64,000 bases of DNA from Octopus vulgaris. Taxonomy: Eukaryota. Position 1 is the stretch's first letter. Every line of letters starts with the position of its first letter. Below, piece after piece: positions 59,425 to 64,000 of this stretch. The DNA is taken from the NCBI GenBank assembly GCA_951406725.2, contig OX597835.1:7192001-7256000 (forward strand). The letters are read 5' to 3'. A program made the translations under genes and the position numbers. The notes under the pieces are model-generated. The model worked only from the letters and a program-made list of their open reading frames with translations, ran no database searches and had not been told where the DNA came from.

Positions 59425-60116
59425 TGTATATATATATACAATTATAAGGCATTTACTGTGTAGAGCTACATGCTAGAAGTAGACGTCAAATGGCTCTAAA
59501 ACTACATTGTGATAAATAAAGTAGTTTGGCGTCTACTTCTAGCATGTGGTGCTACTCAGTAGATGCCCTTATTATAATTATATTTAGAACATTAAATACT
59601 TTGTATTAATTTTTACCCAAACGGTTTATAACATGCTGGCTACTTGGTAAAATCCTATACAGATTTATATATATATATATATGTATGTGTGTATATCTAT
59701 CTATATATATATATATGGGTGTCTATATCTCTATGTTTATACGTATATTTATGCATTATATTCTATGTGATATATCTATACATTTATATATATGACCATA
59801 TGTAATATATATTACAAGTGATATCAATATATATGCTTGTGTGTGCGTGTATGTGTGCGTGTGTGTATGTGTGTCTATAACTTTAGATACGTTTGGACCG
59901 AGCATAATCTTGAATGCCAAGCCTAATCTCAAACCAGATGGTAAATAATAACGCCATCTCGTATCGCAGTTGTCAGACGAAAATCTTATAATTTCTAAAC
60001 ATCCGTTTCAAGACAAAACAGCATACAAACACAGACACAGACACATACACACCCATATATATATATATATATATATATACATAGGTATGTAAAGAAGAAT
60101 ATAAATATTGATATAT

Positions 60117-60147
<31 letters not shown>

Positions 60148-60207
60148 GTAAATATTATATACATAGGTGTGTATGTATATATGAATATAGATATTTATAT
60201 ACATACA

Positions 60208-60262
<55 letters not shown>

Positions 60263-60314
60263 GAAGCACCCAGGCGGACTGACAGACAGAAATTCGCGTT
60301 TATTGTTATTGCTA

Positions 60315-60897
60315 AGGCGGTGAGATGGGAGAACCGATAGCAAACCGGGCAAAATGCTTAGCGGGATTTTGTCCGACTCTACGTTCTGAGTTCAAATTCC
60401 GCCGAGATCGACATTGCCTTTCATTCTTTCGGGGATCTATAGATTAAGTACCAGTCAAGTACTGGGGTCAATGAAATCGACTTATCACTTAACCCCACAA
60501 TTTAAGGCCTTGTGCCTACGTTAGGAAGGATTAATGTAGGTTATTGTAGATAAGTGGCGAGCTGGCAGAATCGTTAGCACGCTAGGTGAAATGCTTCGCG
60601 GTATTTCGCCATTCACAACGTTCTCAGTTCAAATTCCGCCAAGATGGACTTTGCCTTTCATCCTTTCGGGGTCGATTAAATAAGTACCAGTTACACACTG
60701 GGGTCGATATAATTGACTTAATCCGTTTGCCTGTCTTCGTTTGTTCCTCTGTGTTTAGCCCCTTGTGGATAGTAAAGAAATAGGTATTTCGTCTTTCTTT
60801 ATGTTCAGAGTTGAAATTCCGCTGAAGTCGACATTACTTTTCATCCTCTTGGGATTGTTAAAAGAAGTACCATTTGATCACTGGGGTCGATTTAATC

Positions 60898-60900
<3 letters not shown>
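60315..60900 (+). mobile_element. SINE family A copies (60315-60530; 60554-60900 dimer)
   Basis: Heads, B-boxes and an AAAGAAATAGGTATTTCGTCT junction at about 60774. Confidence 0.8.
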
Positions 60901-60941
<41 letters not shown>

Positions 60942-61091
60942 TGTGTCCCATGATTTCGCTTAGACTCAGCGAAACGAATAACGGGGTGCTGGAACTCTGA
61001 ATACACACGGTTCAAAACAAAAATCATACAAGACTACAGAGCATAATACAAGATTAAAGAAACGGCAAGAGAACGTACACACACACACACA

Positions 61092-61122
<31 letters not shown>

Positions 61123-61936
61123 CCCACACACACACACACACGCGCGCAAGAGAGAGAGCAACATTCAGCATTCTAGAAACATTCACTGATACATATTTTA
61201 TTCCTGTATTGTTTTACTATAATTATTGGATTTTTTGTGCTTTTTTTGTTTTTGGTTCATGTTTTACCATTATTTCATTCTCGCCTTTAAGAAAGACGAA
61301 AATAGACCAAGAAAAAGAACTACATTGATACATAAAATTCAGTCTAAGTTGAAGACTGTATCATATATGAAAGGTGAAGAGTCAAAAAATAAAATATAAA
61401 ATGCCGAAACGAAAAAAAAAAACAACAAAAAAATGTCATATCGAATGGAAAACGTTACAGCAGAAAGAAAATCGATTTTTGATGGTTTTGGTTTTTTTTT
61501 TAGCTGTGTTTCATTGAATTATTTGCAGCAATAATATATGAGATTTGTGTGTGTATGTGCGTCTGTGTGTGAGTGTATTCATAGGTCTACATGCAGATAG
61601 TCATAGCCATACCAATGTGTATGCATATATGTAAGTGTTATGTGTTTATATACGTAGTTAGGTCGTTAGGCAGAAGGGTGGGTGCGTGGCCAGGTTGCTA
61701 GGTAGGTAGGTAGGTAGATAGGTAGATGCGCGCACATGTATACACACACATATATATACGTGTATATACATGTATAATTAAATACACGCGTACATATGTA
61801 TATATACACATGTATATATACACATGTATGTATGTATATATCTACATATATGTATGAATATATATATATATATATATAGGTGTGTGTATGTGTATATATA
61901 TATACGAATTATGGAAAGAAGACAAATAAGTGTTTG

Positions 61937-61985
<49 letters not shown>

Positions 61986-62004
61986 TTGAATTATAAGGAG
62001 GCGG

Positions 62005-62035
<31 letters not shown>

Positions 62036-62232
62036 TATATATATAAATATATATATACATATATATATATATGTGTGTGTGTGTGTTTGTGCGTGTGTTT
62101 GTGCGCGAGTGTGTGTGTGCGTGTGTGCGTGTGTGTGTGTGTGTTCGTACCGTTAAGCTTCTTAGATGTCGAGCATTGTGCAAAGCAATGTTTCCGTTCG
62201 TATTTCAACTTTCCGATGCAATGCTTACATGA

Positions 62233-62277
<45 letters not shown>

Positions 62278-62331
62278 TGTATGTGTGTGTGTATGTTTAT
62301 GTGTATGATGGAGTGTGTGAGTATATATATG

Positions 62332-62365
<34 letters not shown>

Positions 62366-62885
62366 CATGTGAGTATATATATATATATGTTTGTATGTTT
62401 GTATGTGTGTGTGTATGTGTATATGTATGTGTATGTGTATGTGTATGATGGAATGCGTGTGTATCGACGTACGACTTAATGCGTTAATGGCGGCGTGTAT
62501 AATGAGATTTGGCTTGCGGTTTACTTTGAGCTAGTGACTAGACTAAGGTGGAAAATGGCAAACTTTGATAATTAAATACAAGGATATACAAAACGAATAT
62601 GGCTTTACTATATGTATGTGCATGTATGTACATATATATGTTGCGTGCGTGTGCACATGTATAGGAAAGAATATAAAGATAAGCTTTTTCTTTAAGCTTT
62701 CATTTCATATTTCAAAAATTGTTAAGACAATGAATATTCAAAAGAATACCAAACTCGGTTTACTAGAAACCAGAGTCTTTCAGTTATAACGTACTACATA
62801 GTGTATTACATACATACTTACACACACATATATATATATAGAAATATATATACTCACATATATAATGTATATATATAGACAACTT

Positions 62886-62934
<49 letters not shown>

Positions 62935-62977
62935 ATCTATATACATATATATATCCAACTTTATATAACTCTGTCTA

Positions 62978-63033
<56 letters not shown>

Positions 63034-63106
63034 TACCGGAGTAAACTCAGAAATGTGAAACGAGGTGGAAAAAAGAGTACTCAAATACCAGTGGTAGAGT
63101 AATATG

Positions 63107-63231
63107 CTTTATTTAAAGCAGCAGAAAATTCAACAAAACCTGTTAGTATGAGTTTCCCGTTGCCGTTCATGAACGCAACGGGAAACTCAGAGTAACAGGT
63201 TTTGTTGAATTTTCTGCTGCTTTAAATAAAG
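63107..63231. repeat. Imperfect palindrome with ~60-bp arms
   Basis: CTTTATTTAAAGCAGCAGAAAATTCAACAAAACCTGTTA.. / ..TAACAGGTTTTGTTGAATTTTCTGCTGCTTTAAATAAAG. Confidence 0.9.
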
Positions 63232-63233
63232 TG

Positions 63234-63264
<31 letters not shown>

Positions 63265-63267
63265 GAT

Positions 63268-63315
<48 letters not shown>

Positions 63316-63608
63316 ATAGAAAGAGAGAGAGAGGGGGCAGAGAGAAAGGAAAAGAGACAAAGACAGACAGACATGAAATTTATACGTTGATTGAAACTGG
63401 CCTACGATACGGAAATCGTTTCTAACCCAAGAGATGTCATCAGAATCTTCGCGTAACGACGTCTCGTCTCATAAAAAAAACCAGTGACATACCGTCGAAG
63501 ACTTTCTCTCTATGAATAAATTGTTTAATTCTGTAACGCCCAAGGCCTTTAGCAAGGAGCACTTTATTAAATACGGTATTCTTGGTTCTTGAAACAAAAG
63601 TACTTAGA

Positions 63609-63644
<36 letters not shown>

Positions 63645-63712
63645 TTATGTATGTATGTATATATATATATATAAATGTATACATATATATGTACATATAT
63701 ATATATATACAT

Positions 63713-63788
<76 letters not shown>

Positions 63789-64000
63789 TTAAAACTTAGA
63801 CATGTTTCGACCAAAGATTGGCGTAGGCCATGTCTAACTTAATATCACCTCGTGATAGAATTATCTAAACTTTTTTAAAGTCGAGTTTTGTGGTATCATG
63901 GTCTTTTCGAATAAGGAATTCTTGTTGAATGAGTTGTATCCCGGTATAGGTGGCTTAATTGGTATTCCTTGAAGAAATTTGTCAAGATTCTGTTTAAAGG

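Overview
AT-rich, microsatellite-saturated, apparently non-genic animal DNA. The SINE families resemble those I recall from octopus genomes; this is an inference, not a database result. I found no convincing host exon, and nearly all listed ORFs are translations of simple repeats. The non-simple sequence is mostly mobile-element debris: two abundant tRNA-derived SINE families, RTE and CR1-type LINE fragments, a mariner remnant, TTAA-flanked piggyBac-like MITEs, a Helitron-like element and five copies of a ~0.5 kb element found only inside (TAA)n tracts. The most notable signal is about a dozen minimal type-I hammerhead-ribozyme-like motifs in short elements mostly abutting (TA)n or (CA)n tracts. 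Their catalytic 3-8 pair covaries (C-G, U-A, G-C). One sits in each ~840-bp arm of an inverted repeat enclosing a Penelope-like GIY-YIG endonuclease fragment, and several other fold-back palindromes are built from similar material. All coordinates were read by eye, and the edges of degenerate repeats are approximate.
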